Below, piece by piece: positions 1 through 11,836 of a DNA stretch of 64,000 nt; position 1 is the first letter of the stretch, and the number at the start of each line of letters is the position of its first letter. The DNA lies in NCBI RefSeq assembly GCF_000143415.4, contig NW_003314272.1, positions 2,257,728-2,321,727 of the forward strand, given 5' to 3'. This DNA comes from Selaginella moellendorffii. Taxonomy: Eukaryota; Plantae; Lycopodiophyta. The notes under the pieces are model-generated. The model saw only the letters and a program-made list of their open reading frames with translations, made no database searches and had not been told where the DNA came from. The position numbers and the translations under genes are program-made.

Positions 1-329
1 ACTTTGAGGCTATGTTGGTGGGTTCATGAGAACCCCTTGCCAAAGGAATCCCAATGGAAATGGGAATGGCATAGCCTAAGTTGCAGAGCATACAGTTGGA
101 GTGTGGTGACCCAGATAATGATGGAGGTGTGGAAGCACCAGCAATGAGTTGTAGGAGTTGACAACTATTGAGGCAACTAAGCAAGAGGTGCAAAATAATT
201 GGTTAAACGGGTAGAAGGTAGCTACCCAAACCTTCTTAATAGCATAAGGAAGTTGGATATACCCTTACGGGGGATAAGTTGCTTATGTTGCGATATAGTA
301 AGTCAATGTCATGAAAGGAAATACTCATT

Positions 330-3300
330 GTCAAGGAAGCCGTCATTGGGACACACGAACACTCTAGAACACCAGGAAGTGGTGTTTGATGTCGCGAGGG
401 CAATAGATAATGCCCAAGGGACTAAGTCTCTAGCTAATGATGGATAGAAGGTGCTATTCAAATGTCCAAGGTGGCGGAGACAGGAGAAGACTGTCTACTC
501 GAATTGGACAAAGCCAAAAATGGAATTTTGGCAAGGCTAGCGATGGGCATGTAAAGGCCCATAAGCAACAACGTAATCTCGGTGTGTGGGATTATAGGGT
601 GAGCATACCTGGATTGAGGAACCACTCCCTAGGCTATCGGGTAGGTTCATCCCTAAGAATACTTGCTAAAGCATGATAGAAAGTGCAAAGCTATCCTCCT
701 GGTCTGGAGGAGAATGACCAAGGAAAGGTGCGAAGCCAAAAGCAAGAAGTAAGGGGGTAGAACCGAACCATAGGAATCGAAGGGCATAACCAAGGTTGGT
801 TATGCCAGCTGGGAGTGGAGAATCAAGTGGGGGCTCAAGGGTGTTGCCGCTAGCAACCATGATGCCATGGAGAGTCTAAAATATGGAATTGTCCATGTTA
901 GACTATATGGTAATTGGAAAGCTTGCAAAAAGGGAGGCCTTAAAAAGCTAAAGGACAGAGTTCCTTCAAGGTTCCCAAAGATGATTCTAGGTAGCTTAGT
1001 ACCTAGAAAGGCCAAACGTAAATGGTTCAAGGAACACGCGAAATCAGAGTGGCGCAGCAGAAGCGTGGTCTTGAAGCTTGCCATGAGGCAAGGCTATCAA
1101 GGTTAGGGAAGTAGTTCCCGAGTGTTCAAAGAGAGGGCTTTGAATGAAAGTCGATGATCAAGGGCTTTCATGCTTGTGCAGGAACCATGTTACAGTGGTC
1201 GGAGGGCTTGCCAAAGCGAGATTGGCAAGTCAGGGGAACAAATACCCTAGTTGAAGGTGATAACTTCAAAAGGGGTGGGCCATGGGGCCAAGCATGGAGG
1301 AGTCCATGTATGATCACAGACTTGTCAAGTGAGAGGACTTGGCAGTGTGGAGGAACTAGGTTCCTAAGCTGTGATCTGTAGCGCGCTTTGAGTATAAGTT
1401 GGTGCACTGGCATGGGGAGTCACGCCAGGCATCCTGGGTGATGCCGTCCGTAGATGCATATACGGAGGTTGGGTTTGAGTCCCGACCCTCTAATGCTTGG
1501 GTTCGAGTCCCAAATCGCTAGGGCGTGGTGATGGTTTGGAATATGAGGACACTCATATTTCGGTGGTCATGGACTCTCAATGAGGAGATTGGCTTGGGCA
1601 CACCGCCAAGCGGGGGATGCCCCGGAGTCGTGATGCACGGTTAGATTGCTTAGAGTGAAAGCTTGGCATATCTAACTTGAACACTTTGGTGCAAAAGGCA
1701 CCAAGGACGTACTGAATGAGATAGGGACACCCAGTCTTAGTTGCTATGGATCCTTGGTCAAAAGGGCTAGCTTGGGCGCACTGCCAAGTGTGGGGGATGC
1801 CCCCGGGGTCATAGTCAACAACTTAGTAAGGTCTGGAAGACCTAATTCCTATTGGTAGACCTATTAAGGGGTCAAGATGAGATCACTAGGTGATCTTATG
1901 GCTAAACAAGGACAAGGTCTTTGTTTGGGTTAAGGAATATGATTCCTAGTTCAAAGTGTTGATTTAAACTATTGATAAAGGTGTGGCTTGGTCAAGGTGA
2001 CTAAGTGGGAAGGACACCTAAGGGAAATGAACTACTACAATACAATGGTATTATGAGTTCAAGAAAATAGTCTCCAGAGACAGGCCCATGGGTGGGTCAC
2101 AAGGTTGGGATAGGAAGAGAGCCTAGAACAATTGGGGAGACTTACTAGGGGTGAACACCCTAGTCTGGGCAAAACAGATCTTTTTCTATGGAACCAAAAG
2201 AATACCTCGAGGAGGGAGGTAATGATCCTATGTTGCTTGGTGCAACAACCCAAGGATAGGAGCAAAAGACGAGTGCCCAAGATAGGGCCGTGGAATCCAT
2301 TGGAAAGAATCCAAGTGGCAAAGTTAGCCAAGGAACACTAATGTGGTTGATGCTAACGGATTGCGGAAAAAGAAGTGGACTTCCAAGGATGGATTCTCAA
2401 GTGCTTCAATTTGGCAAAGGAAAGGCTCCAAGTGAGAGAGCAACTAAGTAGCCAAAAGATAGGGCCGTGGACAGCCCTAGCACAAATAATGATAAATGGA
2501 ACGTAATGCTAATGGGGGCACAAAAATAGAAAAGAGGATGAGGGTGCCCTCGAGTAGAGAACTTCCTAGGAGGGGAAGTGGAGTTGCACAAAATGTGCAA
2601 GGCAAGGTGTCGGAGACACCTAGGAAATTGACTTTAAGAAGTCAAAAGTAAACGTTCCAAAGTGCAAAGGTAGATCAATGGAATCTGTGACTACTCAAGA
2701 ATGAGTAGTGGAATTGAGTTAGAGAGGGTGTCTCTAATGGGTTTAGCGAGAACTAAACCAATAAACGGAAAGAACCACCACAAGTGGTCCAATCAGTCTC
2801 TAAGTTGGAGAGACTATCTTCCTTAGAGGATGGACAAGGCATGGTGAGCCTTCGGGGTCAAACCATAGACAAATATTGGCCGGGTGCCAAGGATGGGAAT
2901 GGTAATACCTGCGGGTGTTACTTTATAAAAGGGTTTACCGTTCGATGAGGACATCGAACTTCGTCTATGGGTGGTGGAGTTGTGAGACACAAAATCCCTA
3001 TGCCCCAAAGTGGAGCTGGAAAGGGTGCCACGTGGTAGCGGCTGAAGCGAAAGCCAAACGAGCGTGACCCATTTGGACTAAAAGCTCCAACTTGGAAGGT
3101 CGAGAGCGGGAGTGGAACTCCCAACAAAGTGCTTGAGGAACAAGCACAAAGCGAGCAATAAGCGAGGCTCCAAAAAGGGACCCAAAAGGACCAACACATG
3201 ACACGTGGAAGTGTCCGAGATGGACCAAGACGGAGTCCGAGATGGAGTCCGAGATGGAGTCCGAAGTGGAGTCCGAGATGGAGTCCGAGATGGACCGAGA

Positions 3301-4600
3301 CGGAGTTCGAGATGGAGTCCAAGATGGACCAAGATGGAATCCGAGATGGAGTCCGAAGTGGAGTCCGAGATGGAGTCCGAAGTGGAGTCCAAGATGGACC
3401 GAGACGGAGTCCGAGATGGACCGAGATGGAGTCCGAGATGGAGTCTGAGGTGGAGTCTGAGATGGAGTCCGAAGTGGAGTCCGAGATGGAGTCCGAGATG
3501 GACCGAGACAGAGTCCGAGATGGACCCGAGATGGAATCCGAGATGGAGTCCGAGAAGGACCCGAGATGGAGTCCGAGGTCGAGACTGAGACCGGGACCGA
3601 GACCGAGACCGAGACCGGGACTGGGACCGAGACCGAGACCGGGACTGAGACCGAGACCGAGGCGGAGGCCGAGACCGAGCCCGAGTCCGAGTCTGAGTCC
3701 GAGTCCGAGTCCGAGTCCGAGTCCGAGTCCGAGTCCGAGTCCGAGTCCGAGTCCGAGTCCGAGTCTGAGAGGGTGAAAGCCCAAAGCATTCGTCTCCCAG
3801 ACTCTGGGGGGTTTGGTGAGCTCCAAAAGTATAGTAAGGGGGAGGACTGCAGTGGAGCCAGTTTGGCCAGGAAAGGCTAGTTTGGCCCAGGAAGGCCAGA
3901 CCCAGTGTTGGGTGATGAACTGACCACTGGGAAGTCCAAGACTAGAGTGAATACGGACCGACAAGTGAGGTAGCTTGGTGAAGTGTTCAAGAGCCGGCTC
4001 TAGTTCCCCCAGGAGATCGACTAGCCGATGCTCCCAGTCCAAGTGTGGGTGGCACTACCTACTTGGATACCAGGCGTGGCTCAACGGAACCTCGCTCTAA
4101 GCCCATGGCTAGAGCACCTAAAGGCGAAAGGTGGGGAGAGTACTCAAGTGGCTCGCGTAAGGCCACGGTCTTCCGAAATGTTGTCCCAAAGGCCCAGACT
4201 GTGGAAAGGAAGAGGAGCAGTCCTCTGGGGTAGTGACCAAGGACACAGTCGTGTGGTGAGGAAGTCCCAGAGGACCGTGGGACTTAGTGGTCGGGCCTGT
4301 GGGCCTCGATCCAGTAGTAGTGTTGGTGAACACGGCCATGGACAGTAAAGGGACTTGGTGGGGACCAGAAAAGGGACATTGGGGGAAGGCTATTCCCCAT
4401 GTCTGTCGGCATCCTAAGGATGCTAAGGAGTGGATCTGGGATGATCACTCATGAACGGATGGCCCAGTCTTTGAGGGACGGGACTGTGATGGAGGTGGTG
4501 TCAGACCACCGGTGTGACCAAGGTGAATGGGCATGGCCTTAGCGTAACGGGCTGATATGTTGGTGGTACCTTGGAGTGTCGGTCATGGGATCGGTCACGT
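330..4600 (-). mobile_element. Degenerate tyrosine-recombinase (DIRS/Ngaro-like) retrotransposon remnant
   Basis: Hand translation of the minus strand gives broken motifs in DIRS order. RT-like: WILSNGF (~2310), ILLVP*KK (~2190), FPLGVLPT (~2015), LGIIFLNPNK (~1935). RNase H-like: TD(+1 frameshift)AS..G (~1445), HQLILKA...LSLDKSVII...FVP (ORF 1168-1413). YR-like: LLLAFGF (~740), TCPSLAL (~545). Many stops and frameshifts; ends not defined. Confidence 0.5.
3205..3770. repeat. Compound minisatellite: GATGGAGTCCGA 12-mers grading into GAGACC and GAGTCC 6-mers
   Basis: Directly visible. It produces low-complexity ESEM/SD/RWSP ORFs in several frames. Confidence 0.95.
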
Positions 4601-5248
4601 GGAGCACTTGGACCAAGTGCAAAGGTTGGGTGGCAGGGATGCCATTCTTGGGGCTAGCAAGCCCAAGTTTGAAATAGGACTTATGGAGGTTGTGAGTGAG
4701 ACTTCTCCAATTGGTCAGATGTGTGGTTAAGTGACTAAAGTAGAATGGAAAAATTAGTCGCTTACATTATGAGGTTCATGAACACCAAGGAGACAATGCA
4801 AACAATAAGTAATGGCAGCAAAGCTGACAGACGAGGCAAGGTTTAGGTAGCAAACACTTATTACGGGTGGCTTGGTGGAGTTCCTCATATGCTTTGGTAG
4901 CTTGCGCTGTCGATATTGAACTAGAAAAGCTAGTGGATACTGCGCTCATGGGGAGGAATTTGGGAGAGGTGTATTGAGCAAGAGCTACTAGAGCACAATC
5001 TCATGGCATCTCGTGGATGCTATTACACCTCAAAAAAGACCCAAAGCCATTGACTCCCAGTACCTCATCAATTTTGCATCGTCCAAGATCAAGTACAAGT
5101 TTGCAATTTGTGAATCTCTTTTTAAATTTGGTATGTAAACGTCTACATACTTTGAAGTTCCTGAGATCGTCGTATTTCAAGAGAATTGGGTCGTGTTGTG
5201 GCATGCTAGCAAGGATTGCCCTCATGTCATATATATATATAGCCCTAA

Positions 5249-6368
5249 ATTCAATCAAAAAAAGAAAAAGGAGTGATCAGTTTGAAGAGGGTCCCAAGGT
5301 CTCAATCCTAGGATTTGCAAAAGATGATTTTCTCTTCTTTTCACTCCCACAACTTGGATTTTGCTCTTTTTCTTGATTCGACTTCATAGCTAACATCTAG
5401 GGAGTGGCAAGAAGCACTCCTAGCAGTAGCACTTCACTCAAATCTGGGATCCAAGAGATCTAGACGACCCTAGCTTACACTTTGGAATTAGGGTTCTTGG
5501 GCAGCAGTTAGGGTTAGGGTTCACCCTGGTGGCTAAGGCTGGTGGTTCCTAGGAGGCTCTTTTAAGGCATCTCGACAGTGGATAGATAGTTGCAAAAGCT
5601 TTAGAAATGGAGTTCTTTGCCAAAATTTATATAATCTTGCTTGCCTTAACACATGATAAAGACAATAGCAGTCAAGGATTGGATGTCACATTAGGGGTGA
5701 ATTGGAGCAGTTGGGACTTGAAAAAGTTCTTAGCTTTTTGAATTTTCTTTGGAAAACCATGCATAGTGTCTCAATTTGAGGATAATTAGAAAGGGAGGAT
5801 CTTTGAATTTAGTGGTAGGGATTGCTGCCACAATTGAGGCTAGCGGCAAACAGAGTCAATTCAGTATTACACGTGTAGGGGATCCATACATTTCTTTTCC
5901 AACACATGTTCTGGAGCTTTGCTCCCTTAGGAGGAGGTTCATGCCTTTTCTTTAGTCCCTATTGCAGGGCTAGGACTCTAGCAAAGATGAGATAGCACAT
6001 TTGTCTCATGTGGGAGGCAAAATAGCACACTCCAGCCTTGAATTGGAGGATGTTCACACCTTGTATGGAGTTACAAGTTGGAGTTTTATCATGATTGGAC
6101 ACTAATTTGGCATCAAAAACACGTTCGTGGTGGAGTGCTCCGTGGTGAGTCTCGCAAGTCATGGAGCGTAGTAGTCAAGTTTTGTAGTGGAGTCACCTAG
6201 AAGGTATATGGCCTAAGTACAGCACTGGGCATTAGCGCTCATAGTTTTGCTAAGAGTGCACTCTCAATGTTGTTTTGATCCCTTTAGGACTAGGGTAATG
6301 TATATATATGTTTATTGATCCTAGGATTCGGCTCTATAAAACTACTCCACTACCCCTAGGGCTGATCA
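5249..6368 (-). mobile_element. Short tRNA-like element split by a ~1 kb insertion (halves 5249-5315 and 6318-6368)
   Basis: Both halves are reverse-complement matches to 49518-49650. ATCCTAGGATT occurs at both junctions (5305-5315 and 6318-6328). Confidence 0.65.
5860..6240 (-). pseudogene. Possible degenerate PPR E/E+ domain fragment
   Basis: Minus-strand peptide RSMTCETHHGALHHER...GVNILQFKAG weakly resembles the PPR E/E+ consensus. No intact ORF. Confidence 0.25.
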
Positions 6369-6479
6369 TGGAAACGTATTGCTTTTTATGAAATGTAAGG
6401 ATGCCACATGGCTTTATAATTTTTCTAGGATCTCTATGTCATGCTGCGCCTGGTGAGCAGCTCTTCTTCTCAGGAAGAA

Positions 6480-7100
6480 TTGTCTCCATCACCAGTCAAA
6501 GTCTCAGCACCTTGGGCAAGCTCGAAGGCCCCAATGTGTGCCACAAGGTATCCAAGGCTAGTAAGTTCCCTTTTGCTACCATAGAGGGATCTTGCATTCC
6601 ATTCAGGTTCTTTGCTTCAAAGCCATCAATGTTACAATGGATCACAATCCAGGCTATGGTACTTTGGCAAGAAGCTATTGGGTGCCTTCTAGGAGTTTGT
6701 ATTAAGCTGGCTTGTTTCTAGAAGAAATCCACCAAGATCAAGGTTCTCAAGGACATGAGTGGCCAGGTTTCATGACTCTACCTTGCTTTTTGTTGTTTTT
6801 GAGACCTGGGAAGAGCCCTCTCATCAAGGTAGCATGCTGATTGTTTGGAGATATGAAATAAAAAAGATCAGCTTGGCACTCTTGCTGATGGTATCAAGGC
6901 AATAGCAACTGAAACAGATTGCTATGGGCTCATATTCCTAGTTCAGATTTCCCCTGAATCTATCAACCGTGTTATCCTCCTCACCTGCATCAATGCATCG
7001 AGAGTTACTTCTTGAAGCTTGTTTAGAACATGGTTTTTAACACTTTGTTCCTTTTTACTTTTGTCAGAGCTTATAAAGTTTGATAAAGTATTGGACTGAG
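6480..7100 (+). pseudogene. PDR/ABCG transporter fragment, inverted copy of 50020-51135
   Basis: Encodes CLLGVCIKL..KIKVLKDMSG and PESINRVILL-like remnants. Colinear with the reverse complement of 50020-51135, with internal deletions. Confidence 0.75.
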
Positions 7101-7293
7101 AGACAATGGACCAGGAAAATTTAAGAACAGAAAAACAGAGAGGAGAGTTCATGCTAGGCTAGCAAGAGAGCCAATCCAGGAGACCAGGAAGCTTTAGTTT
7201 CTGAGGGATATTTGGTTGAGGAACAAAATGAAATAGAGCTCAAATATTCAATTAAAAATAAAAGGAGTGATCAGTGGGTCCCTCCTGGGATTC
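7097..7293 (-). repeat. Copy of the 49600-49790 segment (tail of the tRNA-like element plus flank)
   Basis: Reverse-complement match, e.g. GAGGGATATTTGGTT and AAAAGGAGTGATCAG. Confidence 0.8.
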
Positions 7294-7732
7294 AAGTTAT
7301 TCATCATTCTTATGACATTGTTTGTTGTGTTCTCTTTGTTTAAAAGGTTTATGCTTTGTTTAAAAGGTTTATGGAGTCATGCAGCAAGAAGATGTTAAGA
7401 TTCTACTTTTTAGGCACTATAGCCCTTCTCTTAGGGTTTATTAAATTTTCCATATTGAATATTTTTTCAAAATATTCTTGCCCCACTCAAAATTGAATTA
7501 AGCTCTGATACTAATGTTAAGATTTTATCCCTTACACCCTAAATTAATTGGCTAAAGTAATATCATTTGATTGTATACTTTTTTTTATCTTATTATTTTG
7601 ACTTGGGTGCCTAATAGAAGATGCCATGTAAACGGGACAAACCTCTAGGAAAATATTTTGTGCAATAATTCCATAAAAGTAAAAGTGGTGGAGAAAAGAA
7701 CAAAAGGGTAGCTAAACTGATCTCTTGTCTCA

Positions 7733-9183
7733 ATGGCTGCTCCTCCACATCGGCATGCTCTGGTCTTTCCAATCGATGGGCCTGGCCATCTCAATGCTCT
7801 GCTCCCGCTGTCGGATCGACTAGCGGATGAAGAACACGGGTTGCAGATCACTGTCGTTTTGCCCCAAGTCACTGTGGATCGAAATCGGGCTCCTCTGGAG
7901 CGAGAACATCCGCGGATGGGCTTCGTTGGCGTCCCCGACGGCCGCGCAGACGTGGGATTCAAGTCGATTGGTGAGGTTTTCAAGTCGCTTGACCGAATGC
8001 GGGAGCCGCTCGAAGATCTGCTGCAGAGTCTGGATCCTCCGGCCACTCTGATCATCGCGGATGGCTTCGTTGGGTGGATGCAGGACGTTGCGGACAAATT
8101 CGGGATCCCTAGAGTCTGCTTCTGGGCTTCCTCTGCAACCTGCGAGATCCTGTACTTCAACTTGCCGTTTCTCATCTCCAGAGGCTACGTTCCTCTAAAA
8201 GGTAGAAAAATGCCCATACTGGGCATTTGCTGTAATATGTTGTTCTTGGGAGATATCTGCTTTTACTTTGTCCTGCAGATCCAGAAAACGCACACGAGCT
8301 GATCACGATCATACCCGGGCTACATCCAGCTCGTCGCAAGGATCTCCCACACTGCTTTCTCCATGAAGCTCAGGGATTAGAGTTGATGACCAGCTTCAGC
8401 CAGCGCACAGTGGAGGCATTGTGCGTGATCGGCAACACATTTGAGGAGCTAGAAGCTGAAGCAGTCGCAGCGAACCAAGAGAAGCTGAGATACTTCCCAA
8501 TCGGCCCCCTGCTGCCTTCGTGGTTCTTTCAGGATGAGCATTTGCCTGAGCCCACGGAAGAAGGCGATGTGAGCTGCATCGACTGGCTGGACAAGCAATC
8601 TCCAGGCTCGATTCTCTACATCGCATTCGGCAGCGGGGCTCGCCTCGCCACAGAGCAAGCGGATCGACTTCTAAAGGCGCTGGAAGCTGCGAAGTTTGGG
8701 TTCTTATGGGTCTTTAAGGATCCAGACGATGACGCGCTTCTCCGGAAGGCGCAATCGCTGGAAGGTAGCAGAGTCGTCCCCTGGGCGCCGCAGCTGCGCG
8801 TCCTGCGCCATGATTCAGTGGGCGGATTTTTGTCTCACAGCGGATGGAACTCGACTATGGAAGCTATTTGTTCTGGGGTGCCACTTCTCACCTGGCCACG
8901 GTTCGCCGAGCAGAATCTCAATGCCAAGATGGTGGTGGACAAGTGGAAGATCGGATTGGAGATCAACAATGACGATCCAAATGCGCTTGTGGAACCGGAC
9001 AAGCTGGTGCAAGTGATGAATGCGGTGATGGATGGGGGTCAGGTTTCGAAAGAGCTCAAGGCGAATGCAATGAAGCTAAGCGAGGCTGCTAAAGGAGCTG
9101 CCAGTCAAGGTGGATCCTCCCACAAGAACTTGCTGGAGTTCATCGAGTACAGCAAGAATCAAGCAAAGAAACAGCAAGGCTGA
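7733..9183 (+). CDS. UDP-glycosyltransferase (GT1, UGT85-like), 2 exons, intron 8202-8278
   Basis: N-terminal GHLN motif and PSPG box WAPQLRVLRHDSVGGFLSHSGWNSTMEAICSGVPLLTWPRFAEQ. A GT-AG intron joins the two ORFs in frame. Confidence 0.95.
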
Positions 9184-9209
9184 TTCACAGTTGCATCTGA
9201 AACTCGTGA

Positions 9210-9560
9210 AATGCCCAGGATCGGCTCTTTATGAGCAGGTGTCTGATGAGCTTTCTGGACGATTAGTACATTGCAGGATCACTCTCATTCTATCTCAGGC
9301 TATGATTTGTGAGAGACCTGGTGCTTGGCAGCCAGCAAAGCCCTAGAGGCGAATGATCGAATGCTGTACCCTGTTGAAGAGATGATGAAGACCCTGGATC
9401 TTCCAGCGGATTTGATCATCTCGGTCATCATACGGACTCGGGAGGGCGTTCTTGCAAACACTGGAACAATCTCCGCATGTCGAAATCCATGTTGGCCCCT
9501 TGATCACTACTCCGCTGCTTGGACCAGCTTCCACTCTGTACCTTGCACGGAAGCGTGACT
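9210..9560 (+). pseudogene. Degenerate tandem UGT N-terminal fragment
   Basis: DRMLYPVEEMMKTLDLPADLIIS parallels DRMREPLEDLLQSLDPPATLIIA of the upstream UGT. LSGRLVHCRITL parallels LSDRLA..LQITV. Frameshifted. Confidence 0.65.
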
Positions 9561-10048
9561 GTTCTATCCACAGAGCACCCCACTTTGCGGTGGCATGACT
9601 TTTATTTGGCTGTTATCCACGGTGCGTCGGTCTTCTTTATAGTGACTAGTCGTTGACTTCCATCTTGGGCCTCGCTGTGGCCGTCTACAGGCGAGCAGTG
9701 TCATAATCGTGAAGGTCGTATTCAGTCTATCCTGCAGTAGGCTTGGTTTTGGTTCGTGCGTGATCTATACTATAAATCAGTTCGTCATCAAGAGATGCGT
9801 GGGGAAGCTTTCATCTCTGGGTAAGAGATATGTCCACATTACAAGTTTTCCATTAAACGTCTTCTAAAAGTATTTTAGATTATTCTTAGATTATATTTAT
9901 TATTTAGATCAAACCAAAATATGAGTCTGGGTAGGTCCTGGCGGCGGACGAACAATGTGCGATGAAGAAAAGCCAGCTTTTCCTATTGCCCAAGTTCAAA
10001 AGAAAGGTCTAAAAGGTTCAGTATAAATACAAGCTATTTGGTCACAGC

Positions 10049-10270
10049 ATGCAGCTTTTAATGGCAAATGTTAAGGGTTTGCTTTATGTTTTCTTACTCC
10101 TTGGTGTTGTTGCCACTGCAAGGGAATTTTACACTCCAGCAATTGAGATCTCAAATGATGAAGTTTATAATCCTTTAGCAGCTGTATGCCGATGTCGAAG
10201 ATTTACTTGTAGAGACCCGTTCACAATATGTACTTGTCGTTCCAATTGTAAAAGTTGTTTCTGTAGTTAA
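10049..10270 (+). CDS. Small secreted cysteine-rich peptide (signal peptide, acidic pro-region, 8-Cys mature domain); start may be ATG 10061
   Basis: TATAAATA at 10022, hydrophobic leader GLLYVFLLLGVVATA, mature part CRCRRFTCRDPFTICTCRSNCKSCFCS. Probable 3'UTR intron 10285-10346 (GTGAGT..TTGCAG) and AATAAA near 10414. Confidence 0.8.
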   Translation: MQLLMANVKGLLYVFLLLGVVATAREFYTPAIEISNDEVYNPLAAVCRCRRFTCRDPFTICTCRSNCKSCFCS

Positions 10271-10617
10271 GCTTGTGATCCATGGTGAGTAGATTCATGC
10301 TTATAAGCTCTAAGTGCATTTATTCTTAAATCTTGCAATCTTGCAGTGGTCCCGATGGAAGCCTGAGATTATACCTCTTCATAATAAGCATGACACTTGA
10401 TGATTAAATAATGAATAAAACTAAGTATTCATTTTCTCTGTGAAAACCTATTGATCCCGGCTTATGAATGTGGGTATATGGCCGGTTGCCATCCCCAGTG
10501 GAGGTTGGCATGATGCTTTCAAAGTGAGAGCAATGGGCTGGGATGCTTTGGCAAAAGCACGCCTGTTTCTCGCAATGATCTTAAATTAGAGCCCTTTTCC
10601 TTTAGTTTAGGGCAAAC

Positions 10618-11836
10618 ATGGCAACATCAAGCTTGGCGCTGTCCCCTGCAAAATGCGTCCCCTCCAGGTAATCTCCCATCGCATTAGCAGCCCTACTGAT
10701 CTTTGCGCCGCAGCTTCCCTCCCAGAATGTCCTTGAGGAGCTCCTCATCACCAGGTTAGCTAAATCGTTGTCCTCTCTTTCTTCTCCCTCTCTTGGCCTA
10801 GCTTTGAGATCTTTTTCTCCAGGAGGACGGCTCCTAGGAAAATTGCCAGCTCTCGGAGAACTCTCGCACAGCAAGAGAGGAGGAAAATGCCGAGCTCAAG
10901 TGGTGATGATGCCGCTTGGAGTACCCAAAGTTCCATACAGGGCGTCCAGCGAGGGAAGCTGGCAATACGTTGATATCTGGAACGTCCTGGTAACTTTGTA
11001 GTGCCATCTTCTTCTTGCTTTTCTTTTTTCTTTCTCTGAGTCATGGAAGATCTTTCCAGTATCAAGAGAGGATAGTTTTCATCGGGCAGCACATAGACGA
11101 CGACTTGGCGAATCGGGTGGTGGCCACCATGCTTTACCTTGACAGTGTCGATTCGTCCAAGCACCTCCACTTCTACATCAGTTGCCCGGGGGGGAGTGTA
11201 AGAGCTAGAGCTTGGAGTTCTTCGAGTTTATGGTTTGTTTCTCTCGCAGTTAACTCCCTCCATGGCGATCTATGACACCATGGGAAGTGTGAGGAGTGGG
11301 ATAGCAACTCTGGCTCTAGGTGCTGCCTATGATATTGCTGGTTTTCTCCTCGCAGCTGGAGAAAAGGTTCATAGCTTTACAAATGGTTCTCTCGTGCTTA
11401 AACTTTTTAAAACCAGGGAATGCGAATGGCAATGCCACTGGCGAGAATCGCATTACAGCCACCGGAGGGAGCAACTCGAGGCCAGGTTTGAGACCTCGAA
11501 AGAAATCTATCACCCAAGTTTCAAGCACGTTTGCTTCTTCACAGGCAGATGATATCCAAACCGAGGTGAACGAGCTTGGACGACTGCGAGACTGTCTCTA
11601 CGAGCAGCTCGCCATCAACACTGGCCAGCCAGTTGACAAGGTAAATCCAAAAGAGAAACATTGGAGATCACGTATTTTATTCGCTGTAGATCCACAAGGA
11701 CTTGGACAGGATGAAGATTTTCAGCGCTCAAGAGGCTCTAGACTACGGCCTTATTGACAAGATCGTGCGACCACCAAAGTACGCGTCTTCCAGCTTGAGC
11801 ATTGGCGGAGTTGGCCCTTACAACGCATCCTTCTAG
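10618..11836 (+). CDS. CLPR2: Plastid Clp protease non-catalytic subunit ClpR2 (multi-exon)
   Basis: [36 protein letters not shown], and [13 protein letters not shown] with no catalytic Ser; ends [14 protein letters not shown]. Transit-peptide-like N-terminus. Confidence 0.88.

Noticed and set aside
3205-3770. Repeat array as a CRISPR-like structure
   Set aside because: No unique spacers; it is a eukaryotic tandem repeat.
7393-7620. PBS-Met-like GCTCTGATACTA (~7502) next to TGTTAAGATT, which also occurs at 7393; possible TRIM
   Set aside because: The putative LTRs match for only ~10 bp and no TSD was found. At most a very old LTR relic.
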